Below, one piece after another: positions 1 to 9,798 of a DNA stretch of 64,000 nucleotides. A program made the translations under genes and the position numbers. Under the pieces are notes generated by a model, which ran no database searches, was not told the DNA's origin, and saw only the letters and a list, made by a program, of their open reading frames with translations. How positions within the stretch are numbered: the stretch's first letter is position 1; every line of letters begins with the position of its first letter. Origin of the DNA: Patescibacteria group bacterium (GTDB lineage Bacteria; Patescibacteriota; Gracilibacteria; Peribacterales; Peribacteraceae); the NCBI GenBank assembly GCA_018814875.1, contig JAHIYH010000031.1, positions 12,739 to 76,738 on the forward strand, in the 5' to 3' direction.

Positions 1-489
1 GTTGCACTCGTTAGTCAGGAGACTTTGCTTCTTCATGATAGCTTGCGCAATAACATCACATATGGATTGGAAAATGTCTCCGAAGATGCATTGCATAGTG
101 CTGTGGACAGCTCACGGTTGGGCGATTTTGTAGAACTTTTACCTGAGGGGCTTGATACTCTTATAGGTGATCGTGGTGTTAAGCTTAGTGGCGGCGAGAA
201 GCAACGTGTTTCCATTGCGCGCGCCCTCCTTAAAGGTTCATCTATTCTCATACTAGATGAAGCGACGAGCTCATTGGATAGCAAGACAGAGAAGTTGATT
301 CAGGAGGCGATAGATGAAGCGGTTCAGGGCAGGACATCAATTGTCATCGCGCATCGTCTGAGTACTATCAAGCATGCTAATAAGATTGTTGTGATCGAGG
401 GAGGGGAGGTGGTTGAGGAAGGCGCACTTGATGATCTGCTTGTGCGTAAGGGTGAATTCTTTTCTCTGTGGGAAGAGCAGAAGTTTTAA
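1..489 (+). CDS. ABC exporter ATP-binding domain (MsbA/MdlB-like), C-terminal part; 5' end outside the window
   Basis: Signature LSGGEKQR, Walker B ILILDEATSSLD, H-loop IAHRLSTI; frame open from base 1. Confidence 0.93.
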   Translation, partial: VALVSQETLLLHDSLRNNITYGLENVSEDALHSAVDSSRLGDFVELLPEGLDTLIGDRGVKLSGGEKQRVSIARALLKGSSILILDEATSSLDSKTEKLIQEAIDEAVQGRTSIVIAHRLSTIKHANKIVVIEGGEVVEEGALDDLLVRKGEFFSLWEEQKF

Positions 490-551
490 GGCCCAGGAGA
501 TAATTCGGTGCCCCGTCATTCTCGATAGAAATCGATGTGGATTAGCGGCAT

Positions 552-1559
552 CTATCGCTGCAACTGCTCTTTTATTTCAAGACAGATTTTCAGTACATCA
601 ATTCCTTGCTCGAGAGTGATTGCTGGCGTGGAATGGTTTTTCACCGCATCAATGAAGTTTTTTGCTTCTTCAATAAACATATCGTTGCGATCGAAGTTTT
701 TCGGAAGATTCCACACCTCAGGCTTTTTCTGTTTATCGTGAGGAAAGAGCGCCAGACTTTCCGCATAGTAGTTCCAGATGAGCGTACCCTCCGTGCCAAT
801 GAGCTGAAACTGACGCCTATGCGGGCGTTGCCAATAGTCGAGATGGACGGAGGCAATCGCTCCGTTTGGAAATTCCCAAAGTGATTTCGTCATATCTTCT
901 GCATCTCCTTCCAGAGGAGTCATTTTCCCTCCCACTGCAAGAATCTTCTGCGGGCTTCCTAGAAACCAATACAGGTAATCGATATCGTGACTGAAGCAGA
1001 GAACAGTACCGCCACCCTTTTCCTGCCACGGCCCGTAGGAGGAAGTGTAGTTTTCCCATGGGTGCCAGTCTTCAATGTTCTCGCCCATCTCCACATGCGC
1101 CGAAAGCGTTCGCCCTATGGCTCCGCCTTCGAAAAGTTCCTTCATCTTCTGCAAGAGAGGATGGAAGCGAAAGTTGTACCCAACCATAACAGTAAGGCTC
1201 TTCTTTTCGACAAGCTCTTCGAGTTCAGCAAGCCCTTCAAAAGTCGCAGTGACTGGCTTCTCGATGAAAACATGTTTCCCGGCTTTCGCTGCCCATAGAG
1301 CAGTATCGAGATGCTGGGATGTGGGGTTCGTCACGAAGACCGCATCGGATTCAAATTGTGAGAGAGCTTCATCCAGATCCCAAAACACCTGAACGTCTTT
1401 CCCCTCTTGTGCCTGTTCTGCAAAAAACGCATCCATAAAGGGGCGGTTGTATCCCGTATTCTGTCCGGAACGAAAAATCGCGCATTCATGTCCGAGTGCC
1501 AGGAGGTTTTTATAATGCCTCTGACCAATCGAGCCAATGCCACAAATCAGAAAACGCAT
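552..1559 (-). CDS. Gfo/Idh/MocA family oxidoreductase
   Basis: ICGIGSIG NAD motif, HVFIEKP, VGYNFRFHP, SHDID; start placed at MRFLICG. Confidence 0.9.
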   Translation of the reverse strand: MRFLICGIGSIGQRHYKNLLALGHECAIFRSGQNTGYNRPFMDAFFAEQAQEGKDVQVFWDLDEALSQFESDAVFVTNPTSQHLDTALWAAKAGKHVFIEKPVTATFEGLAELEELVEKKSLTVMVGYNFRFHPLLQKMKELFEGGAIGRTLSAHVEMGENIEDWHPWENYTSSYGPWQEKGGGTVLCFSHDIDYLYWFLGSPQKILAVGGKMTPLEGDAEDMTKSLWEFPNGAIASVHLDYWQRPHRRQFQLIGTEGTLIWNYYAESLALFPHDKQKKPEVWNLPKNFDRNDMFIEEAKNFIDAVKNHSTPAITLEQGIDVLKICLEIKEQLQR

Positions 1560-1563
1560 ATGC

Positions 1564-2310
1564 TTACCAGGCGGTCCGGCCGCCATCGATAACAAACGAT
1601 GACCCGGTCATATAAGAAGACGCATCAGACAGAAGAAAATTTATGGCTCCATTGTACTCCCCTTCCTGCGCCATGCGGCCAAGCATGTTGAGTTCGCTAT
1701 ACTTCTTGGCGAATTCCAGCGGATGATCTCGATGCATTCCTCCAGGTACAAGTGCATTCGCACGCACACCGTATGGACCAAGATACGATGCCCATGATCG
1801 CATCAGGCCCAGGACACCTGCTTTCGACGCAACGTAGGCGATATCTTTAAATTTACCGGAATCATAGATGTTATTCTGAGGAGCAATCAACGCCAGCTCG
1901 GAAGCGACAAAAACGATGGAGCCTCGCTGCGATCGCATCATCTCTGGCACCACATATTGGGTCACAACATGGGAAGCAGTGAGGTTTAATTTCAATTCTT
2001 TCTCCCAAAGATCAAGGGGGAACTGTTCGTAGGGAGAAAATTGTTGTGCAGACTCAGGACTTCCTGGAACCGCATCTGCAGCCGCCGAGTGGATCAGCCC
2101 GTCGATCCTGCCATGTTCCTGCACCACGCTCTTCACTGCCTCGCGTAGTGCGGCGGGATCGGTGATATCTACTGGCGTCTCGTGGTGTGTATCAAACACA
2201 ATGACAACTGCTCCGCACGAGCACAGATGCTCCACCCATTGTTTGCCCAAAAAACCATTCCCTCCGGTGACGATGATTACTTTGCCACGTATTGAAAAAA
2301 TGTCGTTCAT
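1564..2310 (-). CDS. SDR family oxidoreductase (type common in nonulosonic acid loci)
   Basis: TGGNGFLG, YVASK catalytic motif, C-terminal IDGGRTAW. Confidence 0.9.
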   Translation of the reverse strand: MNDIFSIRGKVIIVTGGNGFLGKQWVEHLCSCGAVVIVFDTHHETPVDITDPAALREAVKSVVQEHGRIDGLIHSAAADAVPGSPESAQQFSPYEQFPLDLWEKELKLNLTASHVVTQYVVPEMMRSQRGSIVFVASELALIAPQNNIYDSGKFKDIAYVASKAGVLGLMRSWASYLGPYGVRANALVPGGMHRDHPLEFAKKYSELNMLGRMAQEGEYNGAINFLLSDASSYMTGSSFVIDGGRTAW

Positions 2311-2311
2311 G

Positions 2312-3259
2312 CTATTTCCTGCGCAATTTTTTCAAAACGGGCACTTCAGACTCAAGCACTTTCTTGATGCCATCCCCTCTTGCTCGCTCATAATTCCTGA
2401 TCTCTGTGACTAAGTTGTGCAGCCCCTTGGGCTCGAGACTAGCGGCTTGGTCCGATCCCCACATCGAACGATCAAGTGTAATGTGCCGTTCCACGGCGAC
2501 GGCGCCCAAGACCGCAGCACAAAGGGACGTGTACACCCCACTTTCGTGTCCACTGTATCCGATGGGTACTCCATAACGTTCTTGTAACGTGTGAATGACT
2601 TTCAAGTTGAGTTCATCGAGTTCCGCAGGATAGGTGGAAACACAGTGCATGATCACGAGATTGTCTTTCCCAAGCACCTCCACCGCATGGTCGACTTCTT
2701 CCAGTGTACTCATGCCGACGGAGAGGAACAGGGGCCTGTTTTTCGAGTGGATATATTGCAGCAGAACGTCGTCTGTGAGACTGGCAGACGCGACCTTGTA
2801 CGCGAGCGGGTCGAACTGCTCCAGGAAATCAACACTGGCCTCATCCCATGGCGAGGCGAACCAAAGGATATTTTTCTCTTTGCAGTAACGATCGATTTCC
2901 GCGTATTCCTTCTCTGTAAATTCCAGAACCCGTTTGAGATCTCCATTTGTCGTTTCTTGAAGATTTGATTCAACCAACCGCTTTACATTCTCCGGAGGAA
3001 GTGCATCGCGCTCCAGGGCTGTGGCAATGATCTCAGCTGGAACTTCTCTCGGTTTTTGTAACTCTTCTTCGCTGTAGACGACAGATACAGTCCTCTTCTG
3101 GAATTTTACAGCATCAGCGCCTGCATCCACAGCTGCGTCAATGAGCTTTTTCGCCAAGGCCAAGCTGCCATTATGGTTAATGCCAATTTCCGCTACTACG
3201 AAACATGCTTCATCATTTCCTACTGGTCGGTTTCCGACTAAAATTTGTCCTTTTTTCAT
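2312..3259 (-). CDS. neuB: NeuB-family nonulosonate synthase, short form without C-terminal SAF domain
   Basis: AEIGINHNG, AVKFQKR, HCVSTYP, GYSGHE, VERHITLDR, GSDQAASLEP. Confidence 0.88.
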   Translation of the reverse strand: MKKGQILVGNRPVGNDEACFVVAEIGINHNGSLALAKKLIDAAVDAGADAVKFQKRTVSVVYSEEELQKPREVPAEIIATALERDALPPENVKRLVESNLQETTNGDLKRVLEFTEKEYAEIDRYCKEKNILWFASPWDEASVDFLEQFDPLAYKVASASLTDDVLLQYIHSKNRPLFLSVGMSTLEEVDHAVEVLGKDNLVIMHCVSTYPAELDELNLKVIHTLQERYGVPIGYSGHESGVYTSLCAAVLGAVAVERHITLDRSMWGSDQAASLEPKGLHNLVTEIRNYERARGDGIKKVLESEVPVLKKLRRK

Positions 3260-3299
3260 AGTAAACGGAATTTACAATGGTATGCTGCTTAAAGCAAGT

Positions 3300-3923
3300 A
3301 TGTTCCCATCGATAACATCATTAGTTTCTAAGGATATTTCCGAAGCGGAACACCTTCACGGGCAACTTACAGAGTTCATTCCAAACCTCGAAGAGGCATC
3401 TATTCTATGCGTGACTGCCCTGCAGCAGGGAGGAAAAATTGTGCTCTTCGGCAACGGGGGTTCAGCAGCGGATGCCCAACATATCGCAGCGGAGTTTGTC
3501 GGAAGGTTTGAAGCAGAGAGAGCACCACTTCCGGCCATAGCGCTCACGACGAACACTTCCGTACTGACAGCCATTGGAAATGATTACGATTTTTCGACCG
3601 TATTTGAACGGCAAGTGAAAGCGCTCGTGACAAACAATGACGTGGCCATAGGAATCTCCACCAGCGGCAATTCCGAGAATGTCATCAAGGGAATTCTCAT
3701 GGCTAACATACTCGGGGCAAAGACCATAGGTTTGAGTGGGCAAGAAGGGATTCTCAAAACATCCGTGAACCTGTCCCTCGCTGTCCCATCCTCACACACC
3801 CCACGGATTCAGGAAGTTCATATCCTACTCGGTCACATTCTTACGCACGCAGTTGAAACAATACTAATGGAGCGAAACATGATGACAGCGGACCAAGTGC
3901 TGACGGCGGCGATCGATTCCTAA
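3300..3923 (+). CDS. gmhA: D-sedoheptulose-7-phosphate isomerase (SIS domain)
   Basis: GNGGSAADAQHIAAE, TAIGNDY, ISTSGNSENV, RIQEVH; start uncertain (3282 or 3300). Confidence 0.9.
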   Translation: MFPSITSLVSKDISEAEHLHGQLTEFIPNLEEASILCVTALQQGGKIVLFGNGGSAADAQHIAAEFVGRFEAERAPLPAIALTTNTSVLTAIGNDYDFSTVFERQVKALVTNNDVAIGISTSGNSENVIKGILMANILGAKTIGLSGQEGILKTSVNLSLAVPSSHTPRIQEVHILLGHILTHAVETILMERNMMTADQVLTAAIDS

Positions 3924-3950
3924 TAAGTCTTTTTTCACTAGTCTGTGGTC

Positions 3951-4661
3951 ATGAATATAAAAGTCCTCGGCATTATCCCCGCACGTGGCGGATCCAAACG
4001 GATTCCCAGAAAAAACATTGTGCCCGTTGCCGGAAAGCCACTCATCTCATACACAATCCAAGCTGCCGAAGAATCAAAAAAACTCGACGCATTCATAGTT
4101 TCAACGGACGACCGCGAAATCGCGTCGCTTGCACAGTCGCTCGGGGCTGACACCCCATTTCTCAGACCAAAAAAATATGCAAGAGATGATTCACAAGATA
4201 TCGAATATGTTACACACGCTCTTGGATGGCTTGAAAAATATCGCGGCTGGCAACCGGAAGTTATTGTACTTCTGCCTCCAGACGCACCCTTGAAGACAGG
4301 AAAAGATATAGATCGAGCCGTGGAATTCCTGGTTGAGCAGGACTTTGATTCGGTGCGTACACTTGTCGGCCCCATCCTCCATCCTCCTTATAAAGCGATG
4401 TGGGTTATGAAGGACGCAAAGAAAAAATTAATCACCCCCCTTTTTCCACAGTTTGTGGGGATGCCCTGCCAACAGTTGCCAGAGTATTATCTCTCGGTAG
4501 GTATGGTGTACGTCACGCGTTCGAAATTTATCAAACAAGGTACGCTTTGGGGAACTCGGATAGGCGGATATATAATGGATGCACAAAAGTGCATCGAAAT
4601 TGACGAAGAAGATCAGCTCAGGCAAACTGAAGTCATATTACAGAACCAAGAGCACGTATGA
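3951..4661 (+). CDS. neuA: Acylneuraminate (NulO) cytidylyltransferase
   Basis: IIPARGGSKRIPRKN, VSTDD, PFLRP, EID. Confidence 0.9.
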   Translation: MNIKVLGIIPARGGSKRIPRKNIVPVAGKPLISYTIQAAEESKKLDAFIVSTDDREIASLAQSLGADTPFLRPKKYARDDSQDIEYVTHALGWLEKYRGWQPEVIVLLPPDAPLKTGKDIDRAVEFLVEQDFDSVRTLVGPILHPPYKAMWVMKDAKKKLITPLFPQFVGMPCQQLPEYYLSVGMVYVTRSKFIKQGTLWGTRIGGYIMDAQKCIEIDEEDQLRQTEVILQNQEHV

Positions 4662-5857
4662 AACTCCTACATCTCGCCAATTTTAACAGCACCAATATTG
4701 GCAACGGCGCGCTCATTTTTGGAACGGAGCGGGTGTTGCGGGAAGATCTAAAAACGGAACTCCAATTTACAGCAGAGCCGTGGGATGAGTATGTGATCGA
4801 GAATGCGTTCGGTCCCAGAAAGTTCGATGAGGGGTTTGTGGATCTCGTGAACAAACACGACGGGCTCCTAGTTGGAGGGGCAGTCACCTTCAACGGCCGA
4901 GCGCATCTGACCGAAACGGGGATGCGTTTCAATCTTCCGCTCAAGCTGTGGCCGCGCATACGGAAGCCAATTATTTTTTACGGCAACTCCTATCGCTTCT
5001 GGCCATCTCAGACGTACCACAATGTCGATAAGCTGCGGGAGACATTGGAATATATCATCCATGCACCTCACGTGTTCTTCGGTGTCCGCAACGATGGAAC
5101 CAAGGAGTTCATCGAGTCACTTCTCGGCTTCCACTCGAAGAAGATTCTCTCGATTCCCGACCCCGGAATGTACGTCCCGGCGGAAGAGAATGACTATCCG
5201 GAAATTGCAGAGAAAAAAATGAATGTATTAATCTCATTGAACGATGAAGATAAGCAGGATCGCTTCCCCAGTCGTGAGAAGAAACTCCGTTTTTTGAGAG
5301 CCCTAGCAAGAGTCATGGAACGTCTTGTGCAAGAATTCGACGTGAATTTCATCCTCTGTCCGCATTATTTCGATGATTACAAGATTATGTCGGAATTCAT
5401 CGAATTCTTGCCTCCAAAAATCGTGCACCAGCGCACTGTTTCCACCGGGCTCTTAACAGTGCCGAAAACACCATATTTCTACGGACGCTATGCCAAAATC
5501 GATCTTGCATTCAGCATGAGAATCCACTCTCTCTCTCCTGCGATCGGTCTCGGCATACCGATCGTCCCCCTAATTTCGCAAACACGAGTCGCCGATTTCT
5601 TGGAGGAAATTGGTCTCATGAATCTGGGAGTAGATATTTTTGCGGAAGATATTGAAGAAGAAGTGTACATGAAAGCAAGCCATGCGCTCTCCCATGGAAC
5701 AGAGGTCCGGCAGAAAGTACGACGCGCGGCGGCAACGTCTAGGGAACGTACTTTGCGTGTTAATGAGCACATTCAGCAAATTTTGAGGGATTGCGGCGCA
5801 AGCAACGCCGGAGACGTGGGCGAAAGATATCACCACACCTACGACGAATCGATATGA
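4658..5857 (+). CDS. Polysaccharide pyruvyltransferase family protein
   Basis: N-terminal NIGN, LLVGG, VRND, IPDP, MRIHS match the family pattern; ATGA overlap with upstream gene. Confidence 0.75.
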   Translation: MKLLHLANFNSTNIGNGALIFGTERVLREDLKTELQFTAEPWDEYVIENAFGPRKFDEGFVDLVNKHDGLLVGGAVTFNGRAHLTETGMRFNLPLKLWPRIRKPIIFYGNSYRFWPSQTYHNVDKLRETLEYIIHAPHVFFGVRNDGTKEFIESLLGFHSKKILSIPDPGMYVPAEENDYPEIAEKKMNVLISLNDEDKQDRFPSREKKLRFLRALARVMERLVQEFDVNFILCPHYFDDYKIMSEFIEFLPPKIVHQRTVSTGLLTVPKTPYFYGRYAKIDLAFSMRIHSLSPAIGLGIPIVPLISQTRVADFLEEIGLMNLGVDIFAEDIEEEVYMKASHALSHGTEVRQKVRRAAATSRERTLRVNEHIQQILRDCGASNAGDVGERYHHTYDESI

Positions 5858-6681
5858 CGGATGCCTCGCCACTCGAATTCCTCGGCGTTTCGGAAGCTGC
5901 AGCCGACGCGGCAGCGGCACTGCTGTGCGCGAAACATGAGAACATACGCACGTCGGGTAATACGCGAGACCTGAACGTGCACATGAAGACGTCGATAATG
6001 GACCCCGTAACTACTGTCGATATCGAAGCACAGGAGCGCATCATTGCGGTCATCCGCAAACGCTTCCCTACGCACCGCTTCCTTGCGGAGGAGGATGGAG
6101 CAGACAGTCTCGGTGACCCGCAGTCTCCGTACGTATGGATCATCGATCCAATCGATGGAACAACGAATTTTATCCACGGCAAGGAGAATTTCGGTACGAT
6201 CGTCGCGGTAGCGAAGGACAACGAACTCCTCGCCGGATGCATGCTGTTGCCGATCATGGGGCATCGCTTCACCGCTTCGAAGGGTCACGGTGCGTACGTC
6301 GATGGACGTCCGGTGCAGTTACGTAGAACGGCTAGCATGACGGATGCCATCCTTTGCTCGAACATAACACGGCGAGCCAAACCCGATGCGAACGGCGTTC
6401 TGCAGGTATCGGTCCCTTCATGTGCCTCTCTAGAGAACTACGGCTGCGCCGTTCAGGGGATCGGAGACATGCTCCTCGGCTGGAATGACGGCGTGTTTTT
6501 CCGCGGTCTCAAGATCTGGGATATCGCAGCTGGTTTCCTCATGATCGCGGAGGCGGGCGGGAAATACCGCTACGAATGGATGGAGCCGGGGAATCCCCGA
6601 AACGGATTGCTCTGTGTCGGGACAACGATGCCGATCTTCGATGAGGTCTGCGCATTCGTGTTTGAGAAGGGTCTGGCCTAG
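5854..6681 (+). CDS. Inositol monophosphatase family phosphatase
   Basis: LAEE, WIIDPIDGTTNF, WDIAAG motifs. Confidence 0.9.
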   Translation: MTDASPLEFLGVSEAAADAAAALLCAKHENIRTSGNTRDLNVHMKTSIMDPVTTVDIEAQERIIAVIRKRFPTHRFLAEEDGADSLGDPQSPYVWIIDPIDGTTNFIHGKENFGTIVAVAKDNELLAGCMLLPIMGHRFTASKGHGAYVDGRPVQLRRTASMTDAILCSNITRRAKPDANGVLQVSVPSCASLENYGCAVQGIGDMLLGWNDGVFFRGLKIWDIAAGFLMIAEAGGKYRYEWMEPGNPRNGLLCVGTTMPIFDEVCAFVFEKGLA

Positions 6682-6861
6682 GACGGGATATCGGACAAGA
6701 TGAGTGAATCCATCGTCCCACTGAGAGGTGCAACGGCAGCGTAGGCATACGTATATTCTCGAATGGCCTGCTTCGGCACCAATACAAGTTCAAATTATTA
6801 TTTTTATACGATGTTTTGAAATGTAATTAGCATAAGAATGCTATATGCTGCCCTCACTTAA

Positions 6862-8319
6862 ATGAAGCCTCTTCGTGCAATTATCCTTCGATGTACCAGC
6901 TCCGTGGCTCACGGCGCCATTGTTCGTGTGATGCAGGAAATCCCATTCGAATTCTGCGGCAGCCTGAGTTGCCGCCATTGCCGATATCCGGGTTTAAGTG
7001 ACGGGAATCAGCCATGGTTCTATTCGAGCAAAATTCGCAATGGTGTTTATGAAGGTGTAAACCATGCAGATCTTATGCCTCTTGATGAGGAGATCGTCGT
7101 AAAGATGCGTGATAGCGAAGCGCTCTTCATGTACATGGTGACACGCATGGAGTATGCGCGAAAAATATCCTACGAAGAGCGCAAGCGACGCTATCTCCTT
7201 CACTTGCGATTTTGGAATGATTTTATTGAACGGTACAGTATTAATATCTTTATCTCGGAGACCCTACCACACGAGATACCTGATTACATCATCTATGAGC
7301 TATGCAAACTGAAGGGTATTCTCACATTATTCTCCCATACAACTCCAATCCGTGATACTTCGTTTGTTACTGAAGATGTGGAAGAGTCAGCTATACAGAT
7401 AAAAGAACGTCTGGAGGAACTAGATGCACAGGCGTCTGGTGATGTGGCTTTGTCAGAGCAACTCGAGGCGTACTACAAAGAGCAAACGCAGCCCGAAGGT
7501 AAGTTCAAATTTATTTACCAGGAAAAACCGCAGAATTTTCTTTCGTTGTTTGTGCGCAGAATTCTTTCGAAACCGAGTGTATTTTTACACTGGACTACAT
7601 TTCTCTTTTCAGTTCCCGCATGGATACGCCGCATACGCAAACTAGGCAGCGCGTGGACGCAATACAAATTGAGGAAATTTTATGACTCTCATGCGGTGGA
7701 GCCGGACTACAGCAAGAAATATATATACTTCCCGCTCCAGTTTCAGCCAGAATGCTCCACATGTCCCATGGCGGGAGCGTTTGTTGACCAGAATGTTTCT
7801 GTACATCTTCTCTCAAGTACTGCACCAGAAGGGGTGCTTATATACATTAAGGAACACCCAAGACAGCGCAAACAGGGAATTGTCGGCCGCAGCAGGGAGT
7901 TTTATCAGGAGCTTCTTAATATGCCGAATGTACGCTTAGTCAAACACAGTGCCAGCACCTTTGACCTGCGGGAACATTGCCAAGCCGTTGCAACCGGGAC
8001 AGGAACAGCGGGCTTTGAAGCACTCTTCCGTGAAAAGCCCGTGATAATTTTTGGTCATAATTTTTACCAGTACGCTCACAGCGTATTCCAGATCAGAACA
8101 AAAGAGGACTGCCTTAATGCCATGGAAGACATTTTTGAGAGAGGGGAGAAGCCCGATCTGATATCAGTGCGGAGGTTCCTGAAAGCAATGGAGGACACCC
8201 GCCTGCATGCTTCCATCTCGGAGTGGCATATATCAAATAATACTGATTTAACAGTTGAAAAGAGCACACATTCTTTTGCTGACTCTCTCTTCGAGAGAAT
8301 TCAAAAACACTTTTCCTAG
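6862..8319 (+). CDS. KpsS/Capsule_synth-like protein (putative ulosonic acid transferase)
   Basis: YFPLQFQPE, YIKEHP, TGTAGFEA, KPVIIFG resemble the KpsS/GT107 C-terminal domain. Confidence 0.65.
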   Translation: MKPLRAIILRCTSSVAHGAIVRVMQEIPFEFCGSLSCRHCRYPGLSDGNQPWFYSSKIRNGVYEGVNHADLMPLDEEIVVKMRDSEALFMYMVTRMEYARKISYEERKRRYLLHLRFWNDFIERYSINIFISETLPHEIPDYIIYELCKLKGILTLFSHTTPIRDTSFVTEDVEESAIQIKERLEELDAQASGDVALSEQLEAYYKEQTQPEGKFKFIYQEKPQNFLSLFVRRILSKPSVFLHWTTFLFSVPAWIRRIRKLGSAWTQYKLRKFYDSHAVEPDYSKKYIYFPLQFQPECSTCPMAGAFVDQNVSVHLLSSTAPEGVLIYIKEHPRQRKQGIVGRSREFYQELLNMPNVRLVKHSASTFDLREHCQAVATGTGTAGFEALFREKPVIIFGHNFYQYAHSVFQIRTKEDCLNAMEDIFERGEKPDLISVRRFLKAMEDTRLHASISEWHISNNTDLTVEKSTHSFADSLFERIQKHFS

Positions 8320-9761
8320 CCTTGATGCTGCTGCTGGATAATTTTCCCAATGTACTCTCCCATTTTCCATGCTCTTTCCTCTTTGGGGATCGGCTTACAT
8401 ACAGTAGATGTTCTAAAGAAGCTTTCCCCAGTTGTCTCCTCCATCGCCTTTAGAAAGATGCGCATATCACGCAGTGTGTGGCTTTCTTTGTCATGGAAGA
8501 TCTTCTGCACTGCGCGTTTACAGTCCTCCTCTGAGCGGATGCGATAAACACCTGGTGCATATTGAAAGTATTTATGTCCAAAAAGCATCGCAGGTTTCTG
8601 TTTAAATAACGCTTGGAAGCATGCGGTACCGGTGGCAGATGCCACTACTACTGATGCTTTGATTAATTCGAAGGAATCCATGTCTCTTGGCATTAGTGTT
8701 ACAGAAGGTATTGCATGAAGAGCATGATAGAACTCACAATCACGCATCATCTCTCCTTGGTTAGGATGCTCTTTAACATAAATCCTAACTCCATCAGGAA
8801 GGCACGCCGCGAGCAGCTGGACTATCAGTTCCTGATCCGTATACACGCCACCCATCGGGCAGGTAGTCGCTTCTGGCTGCATGTGAAGGGGAACGTATAC
8901 GAAAGGAACTTCTAGATCTGGCATTTCCACCAGTTTATCGTAGAGACTTCTCGTTATGTGGTGGTTCCACTTTCGCTTCCAGAAGTCGACTGAGATGACG
9001 GACTTTAAGAAGTAGAGAGGTTTGCGGAGAAGTATGGAAAATGCTATCTGGATCCATTTTGCGATGAAGCCACGGTGTGCTAAATGCGGGTGATTTTCTA
9101 TCATGTACCATGGCTTTATTTGGCCGTTTGTATAGATATCGAATGATTCTTCAAACACTGGCGAGAGAGGCACCTCCATTTCTAGATCTGCATATTCCTT
9201 CATGAGTTCCTCTGTTCGGTCACCGATTTCTTTCCCCGCCTCCTTCCAGTTTTCTTCCATACTGAACGAATCTGCCATGAAGTGCATGGCTAAATAGATC
9301 GTGCGGATACCCTTCAGCTTACATAAATCATAGATTACTAAATCGTAACACTGGTGTGGAATATTATGAGCTAGGTACAAGTCAATCTCCTTTTTATCGA
9401 GTACATGATTCCAATAACGTAGGTGCCGGTAGTACTGTCGTTTGCGCTCATCATATGACATGTCTTTGTAGAGTGCGTATCGACCAACCATTTTTAGAAA
9501 GACAGATTCGCAGTGTTGCATGGATTCAATAAGTTCTTCATCCAATGGTGGAATCTCTTGCCAGTTAACATTCGGATACCGTCCGGCACGCAGATCTACG
9601 GCAGACATTGATATGTATTCAACATCTTCTCCAAGATTTGGTATATAAGATGTATCATCACCAATTGCGATACATGTGTCGATTGTCATATCCTTCAGAG
9701 CACCTTCTATCATTGGATTTCCGAAACAATCTCGATTGAATCCCTTAATAATTACATTCAT
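8316..9761 (-). CDS. KpsS/Capsule_synth-like protein, paralog of the convergent neighbour
   Basis: YVPLHMQPE, YVKEHP, TGTACFQA, KPAMLFG; aligns by eye with 6862-8319. Confidence 0.65.
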   Translation of the reverse strand: MNVIIKGFNRDCFGNPMIEGALKDMTIDTCIAIGDDTSYIPNLGEDVEYISMSAVDLRAGRYPNVNWQEIPPLDEELIESMQHCESVFLKMVGRYALYKDMSYDERKRQYYRHLRYWNHVLDKKEIDLYLAHNIPHQCYDLVIYDLCKLKGIRTIYLAMHFMADSFSMEENWKEAGKEIGDRTEELMKEYADLEMEVPLSPVFEESFDIYTNGQIKPWYMIENHPHLAHRGFIAKWIQIAFSILLRKPLYFLKSVISVDFWKRKWNHHITRSLYDKLVEMPDLEVPFVYVPLHMQPEATTCPMGGVYTDQELIVQLLAACLPDGVRIYVKEHPNQGEMMRDCEFYHALHAIPSVTLMPRDMDSFELIKASVVVASATGTACFQALFKQKPAMLFGHKYFQYAPGVYRIRSEEDCKRAVQKIFHDKESHTLRDMRIFLKAMEETTGESFFRTSTVCKPIPKEERAWKMGEYIGKIIQQQHQG

Positions 9762-9798
9762 AGCGTAATTATGGCAGAAGGATACATCCTGCGCATAA

